From a virus, in IMG/VR virus record IMGVR_UViG_3300022744_000001, positions 2,022-66,021 of that record: 64,000 nucleotides of DNA. The stretch is one strand, 5' to 3'. How positions within the stretch are numbered: the first letter of the stretch is position 1; each line of letters begins with the position of its first letter. The translations under genes and the position numbers were made by a program. Below, one piece after another: positions 15,818-24,189 of this stretch. The notes beneath the pieces are model-generated. The model was not told where the DNA came from, searched no databases, and saw nothing but the letters and a program-made list of their open reading frames with translations.

Positions 15818-16881
15818 CCGGTGTGGGCCTGGAGCACCTTGGGTCGAATGTTCATCTTGCGAGCCACATCCTGGATGGACTTGCCCGCATCGAACATCTC
15901 GATGACGTCGTTCTCGTTCTCAGGGGTGGACTCGTCGGGGTCGCCGCTACCGGCGAGGTACTCGACCGTCATCTTCAACTCGACGATAGACTCCTGACGT
16001 GCACCGAAGGGGTCACCCAAGGTGTCCTCCCACGCGCGACCCGTCGCCTCGTCGTTGCCCTTGTACTGCTCCTGGTAACGACGCGAACGGGTCCGGCACC
16101 AGTTGGCGTAGATGTTGTGCACGCTGCGCGCGAGATACTGCTTGAACAAGGACTTGGAGAGTACCGAGGCCGGGTCCGCGTTCGGATCCACCGCGTTGTC
16201 CTTCTCGTACTCGAGCACGAGTTTGAGGCGCTCGACGTCCTCGCGATCGTACATGGCAGTTCGGCTCGCCCAGCTGCCCTTGGCAGGCACGGGATACCAG
16301 CGGAACAGGGCCGCCTTGAGGCCGCGGCGTTTTGCACAGAAAACACAAAGGGTCTTCGCCCCCGTGTTGCCCTCGTCCGCGACCCAATAACGCTGAGGAA
16401 GCGAGTCGAGGTCGAGACTTTTCCTCAGCCTGTCCACAACCACCGGGAACACGTCCGGGTTGTTCTGGCGGAGGTGCTCGAGGGAGGCCGCGAACTTGAC
16501 CGTGTCGCACCCGCAGGAGCCGCACACGCCCTTCTCACGACGGTAGATGTCTACTCCGAGCTTCTCCTTCATGGCGCCCCTGTGCACGCGCTGGAGGAAC
16601 GTGAACCACGAGATACGAAGGTAGCTCGCAGCCTGAGCGCCGGTGAGCTGCTTGGGCAGGTGCCCCAGCGAAGCCCGGTGCTTCTCGATGACCCTGTTCT
16701 CGAAGAGCTTCATCCACACGTGTTGGAGAAGATCGTCGAAGTTCGAGTTGACCCGGTTGTGCCTCGTGACGAGACGAGCAACGTAGGTGCCGTAAACACG
16801 AACGAGGTCTTTGTTGTCAACAGGAATGTAGTCGTCCTGGTCAACCAAACCCGTGTCGTTCGCCACTGCCGATGCAAGCAT
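15814..16881 (-). CDS. sigma-70/ECF-like factor with ~200-aa Cys-rich insertion
   Basis: Region-2-like YVARLVTRHNRVNSNFDDLLQHVWMKLFE. Region-2.4-like LFKQYLARSVHNIYANWCRTRSRR. Region-4 HTH-like DVIEMFDAGKSIQDVARKMNIRPKVL. The insert carries CGSCGC and CVFC. Confidence 0.5.
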   Translation of the reverse strand: MLASAVANDTGLVDQDDYIPVDNKDLVRVYGTYVARLVTRHNRVNSNFDDLLQHVWMKLFENRVIEKHRASLGHLPKQLTGAQAASYLRISWFTFLQRVHRGAMKEKLGVDIYRREKGVCGSCGCDTVKFAASLEHLRQNNPDVFPVVVDRLRKSLDLDSLPQRYWVADEGNTGAKTLCVFCAKRRGLKAALFRWYPVPAKGSWASRTAMYDREDVERLKLVLEYEKDNAVDPNADPASVLSKSLFKQYLARSVHNIYANWCRTRSRRYQEQYKGNDEATGRAWEDTLGDPFGARQESIVELKMTVEYLAGSGDPDESTPENENDVIEMFDAGKSIQDVARKMNIRPKVLQAHTG

Positions 16882-16989
16882 GCAGTCCCCCTATGACCAG
16901 CCTCAGCTCCCCTATTTACCCCGCGGGAGCGCCCCAGAGGGGACACCTTTAGCTGATCTGGCGAACACCCGTCAAGGTGTATTTGAGGG

Positions 16990-17601
16990 TTGGACTACAT
17001 GCGTAGGAGAGTATCGGTGGAATGCCCAAACCTCATATCCCATGAGGACCTCCCTGATATCCACGGAGATGTGGAAAGTGTGCTTGCGGAGATGGAAGCC
17101 CAGCGGGTTTTTTTCGACGCGAGCCTTGGTCTAGTTTCAAGCGAAACCGTAAGCGAAACAGCCATTTACGCCCTACGTGTCCGAAGCCAGGACGAGTCCC
17201 TTATCGACCGCCTCACCACCTTTTGTCTATGGCATAGTGTGGGGAGGGTAAAGTTCGACCTTATCCCACATAGGTGGTCACGTTCCACACGGTGGGCGAA
17301 ACGTACAACGGAAGACCTCATTACCTCTTGGATGAGGTGGGTTGCACACGAGGACACGGAGGCCGTTACCCACGCCCTTCATCGGATGGAGCGCGATCGC
17401 GAAGATGCCTCCATTGAGGCACTGCCCCTTCAATATTGGGCAACCGCGATTCAAGCGCTGACTCAATCGGACCAGTTGACCTCGAAACGCTTTTTTGAGC
17501 GTGCCATGGAGGTCTCCTCACAATTCGGTTTCCCGTCCAACCCGCCTATCTGCTGGACGTACGCGCTCAGTTTTCTCCCTCGAGAGCCTCTTTGCGTTTA
17601 G
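16990..17601 (+). CDS. hypothetical protein (203 aa) in lower-GC island
   Basis: ORF with visibly lower GC than the flanks. No family recognised. Confidence 0.4.
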   Translation: MDYMRRRVSVECPNLISHEDLPDIHGDVESVLAEMEAQRVFFDASLGLVSSETVSETAIYALRVRSQDESLIDRLTTFCLWHSVGRVKFDLIPHRWSRSTRWAKRTTEDLITSWMRWVAHEDTEAVTHALHRMERDREDASIEALPLQYWATAIQALTQSDQLTSKRFFERAMEVSSQFGFPSNPPICWTYALSFLPREPLCV

Positions 17602-17935
17602 ACCCTCGGCGATAGCCCGCCAAAAACAACCGGTTTCTCCACGCATGGCCAGGAGGATAGGGGCGAAGGATTTCCTCCAACTCCCTCTCCGCTTGCCCCT
17701 TTGGCCATCCCGCTTGGATGTACGGCCGCCCCGTTTGGCGATCGTAGATAGCCCAAAGCGGAACGCTTTCAACCTTTTGCGTCCGATTTACGCCTCCGCC
17801 CGGAGGGCGTCGGCCAAAATGACTTGGTTTCGGGAGCCATGGCTTCTCAAGAGGCTCTTCTGAGCCTTCACCCTCATTGAGGCTTGACAAGTCCTCGGGA
17901 TCTCCAAGAAAGCCCTCTTCGTCTTCTGGCTTCAT
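17567..17935 (-). CDS. hypothetical protein (122 aa)
   Basis: ATG ORF with an acidic N-terminus and basic C-terminus. Convergent overlap with 16990..17601. Confidence 0.4.
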   Translation of the reverse strand: MKPEDEEGFLGDPEDLSSLNEGEGSEEPLEKPWLPKPSHFGRRPPGGGVNRTQKVESVPLWAIYDRQTGRPYIQAGWPKGQAERELEEILRPYPPGHAWRNRLFLAGYRRGSKRKEALEGEN

Positions 17936-18162
17936 GAACGCTAGTACACCTCGGTTGGTACCCTTTTGGATGTAACCAACCCTCCATCAGGCGCTCCCTC
18001 GCAAGGAACCCTTCCAGATCTCAACCTCCCCTATGGAGGCCCTTTACCAATGAACCCTATGGTTCTCGCTCCATCCCCTGGAGCCCGTTACCGTTTACCG
18101 TACCTGTTGCTTCTACTGTACCTGCATCGTCATCTACTAGGGGTGCATCTTCTGTATCTGCT

Positions 18163-18216
18163 ACGGTTACTGAATCATCTACGGTTACTGAATCATCTAC
18201 GGTTACTGAATCGGTT
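18163..18216. repeat. 18-bp tandem repeat, 3 copies
   Basis: ACGGTTACTGAATCATCT at 18163-18180 and 18181-18198, and ACGGTTACTGAATCGGTT at 18199-18216. Further ACTGA(A/G)TC boxes extend to about 18260. Confidence 0.9.
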
Positions 18217-18295
18217 ACTTCTGAATCTACTGAGTCTGGATCTACTGAATCATCATCTGAGTCTGTTTCGGTTTTTTGTTCCTTAGCTTCACTAC

Positions 18296-18390
18296 TGATC
18301 CCCTAACGGGGATCATATGGATCAAATTAAGATCCTTAAGGATCTAGATCTAGTAGGGATCCATATTGAGCTACTTCGTATCCGGGGATC
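18296..18390. promoter_or_regulatory. GATC-dense palindromic AT-rich segment
   Basis: 8 GATC sites, starting at 18297, 18311, 18320, 18331, 18341, 18347, 18358 and 18387. Hairpin TGATCCCC-taac-GGGGATCA (18296-18315). Palindromes GATCCTTAAGGATC (18331-18344) and GATCTAGATC (18341-18350). Confidence 0.6.
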
Positions 18391-18470
18391 AGAGGGGCTA
18401 CTACCTTCTGTCGCCCGTTACCCAAGGGGTGGTTCCTAAGATCCGATTGCTTCTCTTAGGAGCAGAGCCT

Positions 18471-19028
18471 ATGGGACGGTTCTCGAGAGATACAAACGTG
18501 TCCTTCTCGAGCCAAGGTAACCGGGTCTTTTCTGCTCGCTATGGTTCCAGGGAAGCTCCTGGTAGCGGGATCGATCCGGAGACCGATCGAGGGACCCTAT
18601 ACCCTCACCCCCTTGGACACTTTGGGGGCTGTGACGGACTAGAACACCGAGGGGGACAGGTCAATGGGAAAATTCTCCTATGCCGCCTCTGGGGTAAGAG
18701 GAGCATGGTACCAAGCATCGTTACCTTCTCAGACGTAAAGGACGCTCCTTCTATCCGCATGGAGCTTCCAGCTCTCTTGCCTCTTGGGGAACGAATCAAG
18801 CTCCGGGTGACCCTCCGAAGGAAAAACGGGCACCGTACCGAAGAGCTTCGGGTGGATGGCGAGTACAGGGTCGCAGAGACCTCTGTGGACGCCACGTACG
18901 CCCCTCCCAAGCAGATCGTGAAGGTAGAGGCCACCAAGGTCGCGCCCGCCTGGAAGGCGGTGCGTAACCCCTCCCCGCTTCGTCGGCTCCTCCCTCCCAC
19001 TCACTCGAAAGCGGTCCTAGACGAATGA
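18471..19028 (+). CDS. hypothetical protein (start ambiguous)
   Basis: ATG 18471 lies 8 nt after AGGAG. An in-frame ATG at 18705 follows AAGAGGAG and would give a 107-aa product. The C-terminal half looks more protein-like. Confidence 0.45.
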   Translation: MGRFSRDTNVSFSSQGNRVFSARYGSREAPGSGIDPETDRGTLYPHPLGHFGGCDGLEHRGGQVNGKILLCRLWGKRSMVPSIVTFSDVKDAPSIRMELPALLPLGERIKLRVTLRRKNGHRTEELRVDGEYRVAETSVDATYAPPKQIVKVEATKVAPAWKAVRNPSPLRRLLPPTHSKAVLDE

Positions 19029-19324
19029 TGAACCCGTTCCTCCCGAAAGAGTTCCTGTCCCTCCCAGAAGCCATCTGGGTGCCAAGGCTAGGGCCGAGGG
19101 TCTTCCGGGGGGCCGCAGCCGAGATCGTCCTCCAAATGGCTTCTATGAAGGGCCCACGACCCTCCACGGTGAAGCTGGCGCTCCGGCACCTGGTCGAGGA
19201 TATGTCCTCGACCAATCGCATCCGCGTGAAGATCCCCTGGGAGCAACCCGAAGCCGCCCTCGCTCGAGCATTTCTCCGAGCACTCCTTCAAGCGGGTCTC
19301 TGTTTGCCAGTTCCTTCTGCGTAG
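19025..19324 (+). CDS. hypothetical protein (99 aa)
   Basis: ATGA start-stop overlap with the upstream gene. TAG stop. Confidence 0.5.
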   Translation: MMNPFLPKEFLSLPEAIWVPRLGPRVFRGAAAEIVLQMASMKGPRPSTVKLALRHLVEDMSSTNRIRVKIPWEQPEAALARAFLRALLQAGLCLPVPSA

Positions 19325-19381
19325 GTTGTGCACGGTGTGCGGTTGTACTGAGTGTGCAAGCGGCCCGGTGTAGAGGGCTCC

Positions 19382-20095
19382 ATGCACCAACATGGCGTCC
19401 TCTCCGGCTACGAGATCGAGAAACAGCTCAAGGAGGGGCGAATCCAAATCGACCCCTTCAACCCTGACCACGTGAACCCCGCCTCCGTGGACCTCACTCT
19501 GGGGGATCAGGTTCTGGTCTACCGAGACGCGATCGACTACGAGGAGTACGACGTTACGGACGGGAGCGAGATCATCCCCTCCTTGGACAAGAACGTTCTC
19601 GACAGTCGGCAACCCAATCGCACGGTCAGCTACAAGATCGGGCCTCGCGGCTGGGTCCTCAAGCCGGGCGTCGGGTACCTCATGCACACGGCTGAGCGCG
19701 TCTTCACAGAGAGCTTTGTCCCCGTCCTCGATGGCAAGTCCTCGGTAGGGCGGCTCTTCATCAAGGTGCACGAGACGGCCGGGTATGGCGACCCAGGCTT
19801 CAACGGCCAGTACACACTCGAGGTGACCTCCGTTTACCCGGTCCGGGTCTACACGGGCATGCGCATCTGCCAGGTTCGCTTCCACTCGATTGCAGGCCAG
19901 CCGAAGCTCTACCAAGGGCACTACCGGAACGATACGGCCAAGGGTGCCGTGGCCTCCAGGTCCTGGCAGCAGTTCGAGGAGATGGACGAGGCAGCAGTGG
20001 AGCGGCGAATGCTCGAGTGCAAAGAGGACCATGAGGCCGTCCGCCGCTCCGGCTCCGATGACGGCTGCCTCAAGTGCGGCTACTACGCGAAGTAA
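19382..20095 (+). CDS. dcd: dCTP deaminase family protein with C-terminal extension
   Basis: NPASVDLTLG and GKSSVGRLFIKVHETAGYGDPGFNGQYTLEV are Dcd/dUTPase-fold signatures. About 60 extra C-terminal residues end in CLKCGYY. Confidence 0.85.
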   Translation: MHQHGVLSGYEIEKQLKEGRIQIDPFNPDHVNPASVDLTLGDQVLVYRDAIDYEEYDVTDGSEIIPSLDKNVLDSRQPNRTVSYKIGPRGWVLKPGVGYLMHTAERVFTESFVPVLDGKSSVGRLFIKVHETAGYGDPGFNGQYTLEVTSVYPVRVYTGMRICQVRFHSIAGQPKLYQGHYRNDTAKGAVASRSWQQFEEMDEAAVERRMLECKEDHEAVRRSGSDDGCLKCGYYAK

Positions 20096-20116
20096 TCTTT
20101 CGTTGCCCCGCCTCGA

Positions 20117-20593
20117 GTGATGATCCTTCGTGTCGCCCAAGCCTACCGAGCGGAGTTCGAACAGATGCTCGCCGAGGGGCGAAAGCTCCGCCGGGACTAC
20201 TACGTCCCGGAACGCTACCGGGCTGAGCCTCAGCCCCCGGGGCTCTACGAAGGCCAGCTCCTCGGCCGCAAGATCAAGCGCATGGACGGCGAATGGGTGC
20301 GCGACAACATCGACGTTGACTTCGTCGAAGGTGGGAACCCCTCCCGCTACTCCTATGTGCCCCTCGACGAGCTTTGGGTCGAGATGTCCCTCTCCCCCGT
20401 GGGTCAGACTGCAACCCTTCTCCATGAGGCAGTTGAATGCCACCTCATGGAGAACTACCAGCTGTCCTACAGCAATGCCCATGACATTGCAGCGTTTTTC
20501 GAGTCTCGCTACCGGCAAGACCCCAACACGCCCCTCGATGTTGCGACGGCCGCCGCTGTAACAGAGGCTTTAGAAACGTTAGGTTTGGTGTAA
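20117..20593 (+). CDS. hypothetical protein (158 aa)
   Basis: GTG/ATG start at 20117/20120. Contains LLHEAVECH. No family recognised. Confidence 0.5.
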   Translation: MMILRVAQAYRAEFEQMLAEGRKLRRDYYVPERYRAEPQPPGLYEGQLLGRKIKRMDGEWVRDNIDVDFVEGGNPSRYSYVPLDELWVEMSLSPVGQTATLLHEAVECHLMENYQLSYSNAHDIAAFFESRYRQDPNTPLDVATAAAVTEALETLGLV

Positions 20594-20602
20594 CCTAGCG
20601 CC

Positions 20603-21220
20603 ATGGATCTCTCTGAAACGATTTCTGCCCTTCAACCCGGCGAGATGAAAACCATCATTTCTGCGACGGTTGAGAAACCCAAGCGTGACCTGCAACTTCT
20701 CCCGCTGGTCTACCATCCGAGCCCAATCCTCAACGAGGAGTGCTTTGAGATCCCTGCGGTGACCGAGGACATCGTTTGGTTGGCCAAGGACATGCTCTTC
20801 ACGATGATGAAGCGGCATGGGGTGGGGCTCGCGGCGCCCCAGGTGGGCCACAGCCTTCGACTGTTCGTGGTGGACGTCGGCTGGGTTCGGGGAATCGAGC
20901 ACTCGGACCCCAAGGTGTTCATCAACCCCAGGGTAACTCCCGCGAGCCCGAGCCAGGACAGGGCTCCGGCCGAAATCTCCTCTACCGAGGGCTGCCTCTC
21001 CTTCCCTGGCACGAAGGCTACTTTGCCGCGCTACGAGGTCGTCCACGTTCATGCCCTGGGCATCGACGGCAGGCCATTTGAGCTGTACGCGGACGAGCTT
21101 CTAGGACGCGTGGTGCAGCACGAGAACGACCACTTGAACGGGGTTACCATCCACCCGCACCTCGGTCGCATGCAGCGCCAAGAACTCCGGAAGGGGCTCG
21201 AGAAGGCCCGCCGCGGCTAA
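20603..21220 (+). CDS. def: peptide deformylase
   Basis: All three PDF motifs are present: GVGLAAPQVG, EGCLSFPG and QHENDHLNG. Confidence 0.9.
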   Translation: MDLSETISALQPGEMKTIISATVEKPKRDLQLLPLVYHPSPILNEECFEIPAVTEDIVWLAKDMLFTMMKRHGVGLAAPQVGHSLRLFVVDVGWVRGIEHSDPKVFINPRVTPASPSQDRAPAEISSTEGCLSFPGTKATLPRYEVVHVHALGIDGRPFELYADELLGRVVQHENDHLNGVTIHPHLGRMQRQELRKGLEKARRG

Positions 21221-21241
21221 ACTACCTGTCGCCCGCCCTGG

Positions 21242-22999
21242 GTGATGGACCTCGTACTCCGCGTCGCCTCTCACTTCCTTGTCGGCGGTTTCATCCCCGA
21301 CAAGTTCTTCAAGGCCAAGACGGCCGAGCTGAAGAAGCTCATGCTCACCCCGGCCGGGATGCCCGACGTGACCTCGTTCGAGATTCACGACCGGGTCATC
21401 CCCTTCTACAAGAAGTTCGAGCAGGAGTTGCTCGAGTTCGGGGTGCACCGCTTCGCGGAGGAGTCCATCCGCAGTCGGTTCGAAACCATGCGAGGCATGG
21501 CGGAGAAGATCGCCGAGGGGGCAGCCGGGTTCCACAAGGCCACGAACCAGTTCCCTCCTCGCGGCCCCAAGACCGAAGTCCTGACATCCCTCGAGATGGC
21601 GGTACGAGGCGCCTACGGGGAGAAGGTCAAATATCTCGGGCACGCCTTCAAAACCCAGTGGTTCATCGACGGTGGCCAGCTCGAGGCTTTGGCTGACCGC
21701 CTTTTGAAGAAGGCCACGCCCGCAGAGCTTGGCGCCTTGGAGAGCGCTTCGAACGACGACTTCCGCTCCTCTGTTCTTGACCTCAAGTACGGGTTCTTGA
21801 AGCGAGTGAACGCGGAAGCCGCGGCGCTCAAGCTGGTCAAGAAGACCAAGATCACCTGGGACCCCTTCCAGCGCATCGAGATACTTCGTGCTGCGCTCGA
21901 GGCCAACTACTCGGACAAAGCGGACATGGCGCCTACCGAGTTCGACCTGTTCGGAATGAAGATCGTGGTCAACGACCAATCCGTGGACCAGGACCAGGTC
22001 AATAAGTACGTCGGCTACCTCAAGGAAGCCTACGCTCGCCTCAAGGCCAAGGGGTTTGCCAAGGTCTGGTATGGCACCGTTCTCATCGACTGCCAGCAGT
22101 GCGGGGGCGTCAACTACAACGACGGGGGCGAGGTCGGGGGCCACTACAACATCGGGAAAGACTGGGTGAAGATCTTCGAACGCCCCGGTCCTTTCATCGT
22201 GAAGTTGATGGCTCACGAGCTGGGGCACCGGCACTGGTTCAAGGGCATGTCCTCGGAGCAGCGAGCCCGGTTCAACTCCCTGGTCCGCACGCACGAGGGT
22301 CGAAACCCAAAGAAGGCTGAGGCCAAACTCATCCCTCTCTCCACCGTGGTGAAGCGTCGAAGCACCCTGGACGAAGTTCTCAACCCGCTTGCCAAGGCTC
22401 TCGACCAAGCACTCAAAGACGCTGAAGCACAACGGTTCGACAAGGAGAAGGCCAGGGAGCTTCGGTCTTTCGTCCGCGGGGACGCCCAAGCCCTTTCGAG
22501 GCTGTACCAGTTGGGCTCGAACATGGTCGAGCGGAACGGGGACCTCTACCAAAGCCGTGAGTCACTCCAGCTCGGAACCGAGTTCAGCAAGCTGCTCATG
22601 GATGTGGATGCCGAGTTGGTAGACAAGCTCAACGAGATCCTCAACACGAGCTTGGACTTCAATGAGTCAATCGAGTTCTGGGCGGGCCACTTCCTGACCC
22701 AAACAAAGAAGCTGCACGAGCTGGGCGAGCAGTACCTCATGGCCACGATGAAGGGGCACAACGAGACTGCCAAAATCGAGGCAGAGAAAGCCAAAACCGA
22801 GATCGACACGGCTTGGGGTGCCGACCCCCGCCAAGTCATGCCTGTCTCGGACTACGGCTCATCCAACATCGATGAGGCATTCGCCGAGGTGTTCATGAAG
22901 TACGTCATGGGCGACGACATGAATCGAGACCAGCTCGAGTCGTTCAAGTCTGTGTTCGCCTCGACTGAGGAGTACGACGACCACGACTTCGACGACTAG
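21242..22999 (+). CDS. large hypothetical protein with HExxH motif
   Basis: 585 aa. Contains VKLMAHELGHRHWF. TAG stop. No other family features recognised. Confidence 0.6.
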   Translation: MMDLVLRVASHFLVGGFIPDKFFKAKTAELKKLMLTPAGMPDVTSFEIHDRVIPFYKKFEQELLEFGVHRFAEESIRSRFETMRGMAEKIAEGAAGFHKATNQFPPRGPKTEVLTSLEMAVRGAYGEKVKYLGHAFKTQWFIDGGQLEALADRLLKKATPAELGALESASNDDFRSSVLDLKYGFLKRVNAEAAALKLVKKTKITWDPFQRIEILRAALEANYSDKADMAPTEFDLFGMKIVVNDQSVDQDQVNKYVGYLKEAYARLKAKGFAKVWYGTVLIDCQQCGGVNYNDGGEVGGHYNIGKDWVKIFERPGPFIVKLMAHELGHRHWFKGMSSEQRARFNSLVRTHEGRNPKKAEAKLIPLSTVVKRRSTLDEVLNPLAKALDQALKDAEAQRFDKEKARELRSFVRGDAQALSRLYQLGSNMVERNGDLYQSRESLQLGTEFSKLLMDVDAELVDKLNEILNTSLDFNESIEFWAGHFLTQTKKLHELGEQYLMATMKGHNETAKIEAEKAKTEIDTAWGADPRQVMPVSDYGSSNIDEAFAEVFMKYVMGDDMNRDQLESFKSVFASTEEYDDHDFDD

Positions 23000-23661
23000 C
23001 CCGCTGTGAGCGTGTCGCGGAGCTTCTCAAGCCCCTTCTTCAAGCGGGTCAGTTTGTCGAAGATGTTGACGTTCTTCTCTCGCTTGTCAATGTGCTCGAC
23101 GTCCTCGATGAGGGTCTTCCACTTGGACTTTTCCACGCTGTGGATCATCACTTGAGCCATGTCACTCGTGATGGATTGAACCTTCTCGTAGAAGCGATCC
23201 ATGAACTTCCGGGCCGTGTTGCCCGCGACCAGCTGCGCATCCGCGAACGCCCGAAGGATGGGCCTAGACCGCTCCGGGCGGGGATGGCCGGGACCTTCCC
23301 AGGCTTCTTCCTCCGCTAGGTCAGCTTCCGGGTCGAACACGTCGCCGTGGAAGTCTCCCCCGATGTGGTAAATCTCCCAGGCCGTGTCATCACAGGGCTT
23401 CTTTTTGAAGTCGTCGAAAGCTTTCGCCATCTTTTTGGAGGACTTTTCGGCGTACTTCACCTCGCCCTCAGAGAGCTTGGCTTGCCTCATCTTGGCGATA
23501 GCAGCCTCGAGCGAGTGCTCGGAGTTGGAGGCGTACTTCGCAAGCCACACCTTGGCGGCTTGGGTGTCTTTGTCCACCGTGGAGATCAGGCCGAGCACCG
23601 TGCGAAGGGCTTGGTCTTTGGAGGCGGTTTTGGCCACATGGAGGATCATGGACATGGTCAA
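22996..23661 (-). CDS. hypothetical protein (221 aa)
   Basis: ATG ORF with helical, charged composition. 4-nt overlap with the upstream gene. Confidence 0.55.
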   Translation of the reverse strand: MTMSMILHVAKTASKDQALRTVLGLISTVDKDTQAAKVWLAKYASNSEHSLEAAIAKMRQAKLSEGEVKYAEKSSKKMAKAFDDFKKKPCDDTAWEIYHIGGDFHGDVFDPEADLAEEEAWEGPGHPRPERSRPILRAFADAQLVAGNTARKFMDRFYEKVQSITSDMAQVMIHSVEKSKWKTLIEDVEHIDKREKNVNIFDKLTRLKKGLEKLRDTLTAG

Positions 23662-23918
23662 ACTCCGAACGACTTTCGCTTCTCTGGGTCAGCGTGCCAG
23701 ATGTTGAAGAGGCCCAACGTCTTGTCCTGTTTGCGGCCTTTGGGGACAGGCTCGAGCACAACAATGGGGACCCCACGGTCGTCCACGGAGATGGACTTGA
23801 TGATGGCCTTCTTGTTCTTGTACTTGCCGAACACGACAAGGTCGCCCGGGTTGAAGTAACCCGCAGTTTTCAGGAAGTTCGCCGCAACCCTGAGCGGGGT
23901 GGTTTTCGACGTGGTCAC
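23658..23918 (-). CDS. hypothetical protein (86 aa)
   Basis: ATG ORF. Contains GDLVVFGKYKNKKAIIKSISVDDRGVPIVVLEP. No family recognised. Confidence 0.5.
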   Translation of the reverse strand: MTTSKTTPLRVAANFLKTAGYFNPGDLVVFGKYKNKKAIIKSISVDDRGVPIVVLEPVPKGRKQDKTLGLFNIWHADPEKRKSFGV

Positions 23919-23940
23919 ATCAGGGGCAGCCTAAAAGTAG

Positions 23941-23968
23941 AAAGGGCGGAACTCTCGTCCCGCCCTTT
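23941..23968. terminator. 9-bp hairpin downstream of fibre gene
   Basis: AAAGGGCGG-N10-CCGCCCTTT, flanked by A/T runs on both sides, so a candidate bidirectional terminator. Confidence 0.45.
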
Positions 23969-24066
23969 CACTCACCACTCGTCGGTTCCTACCTGTTGCT
24001 TCCACCTCCGCAATGGGTCACTCACCGTTGTGTAAAACGCGAGTCTCTTCATGCGTCACTACCTCC

Positions 24067-24089
24067 CTGCGGGGAACGAAGCCCCGCAG
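24067..24089. terminator. 8-bp hairpin
   Basis: CTGCGGGG-aacgaag-CCCCGCAG, about 100 nt downstream of the stop of 24190..27192. Confidence 0.3.
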
Positions 24090-24189
24090 ACCCTGCGATG
24101 GGCTTTCTAATGGTGGTTACAGGTGTGAAGGGGACCGACTGAAAATCGCGATGCTCTGTGCACCTTACCTAAGAAGGGGCATAAGAAGA

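Noticed and set aside
16947-16975. Sigma-70-type promoter for the sigma-like gene (minus strand TTGACG-N17/18-TAAAGG)
   Set aside because: The -35 is good, but the -10 candidate lacks the conserved final T. This is too weak to call as a feature.
18163-18260. Possible CRISPR array
   Set aside because: The repeats are directly tandem (18 bp, no spacers), number only about 3, and have no cas genes nearby.
17966-18286. 106-aa Leu-rich ORF across the tandem repeats
   Set aside because: The sequence is a by-product of the 18-bp repeat (LLRLLNHLRLLNHL...). It uses CTA/TTA codons atypical for this GC-rich genome, and two other frames are equally open. I treat the region as non-coding repeat unless proteomics says otherwise.
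18060-18302. Minus-strand Asp/Ser/Val/Thr-rich frame bounded by TAG on both sides, as a possible target of the amber suppressor
   Set aside because: Reading through the upstream TAG reaches a TAA only 8 codons further on with no start codon between. Reading through the downstream TAG adds only 13 codons before a TGA. No supportable gene results.
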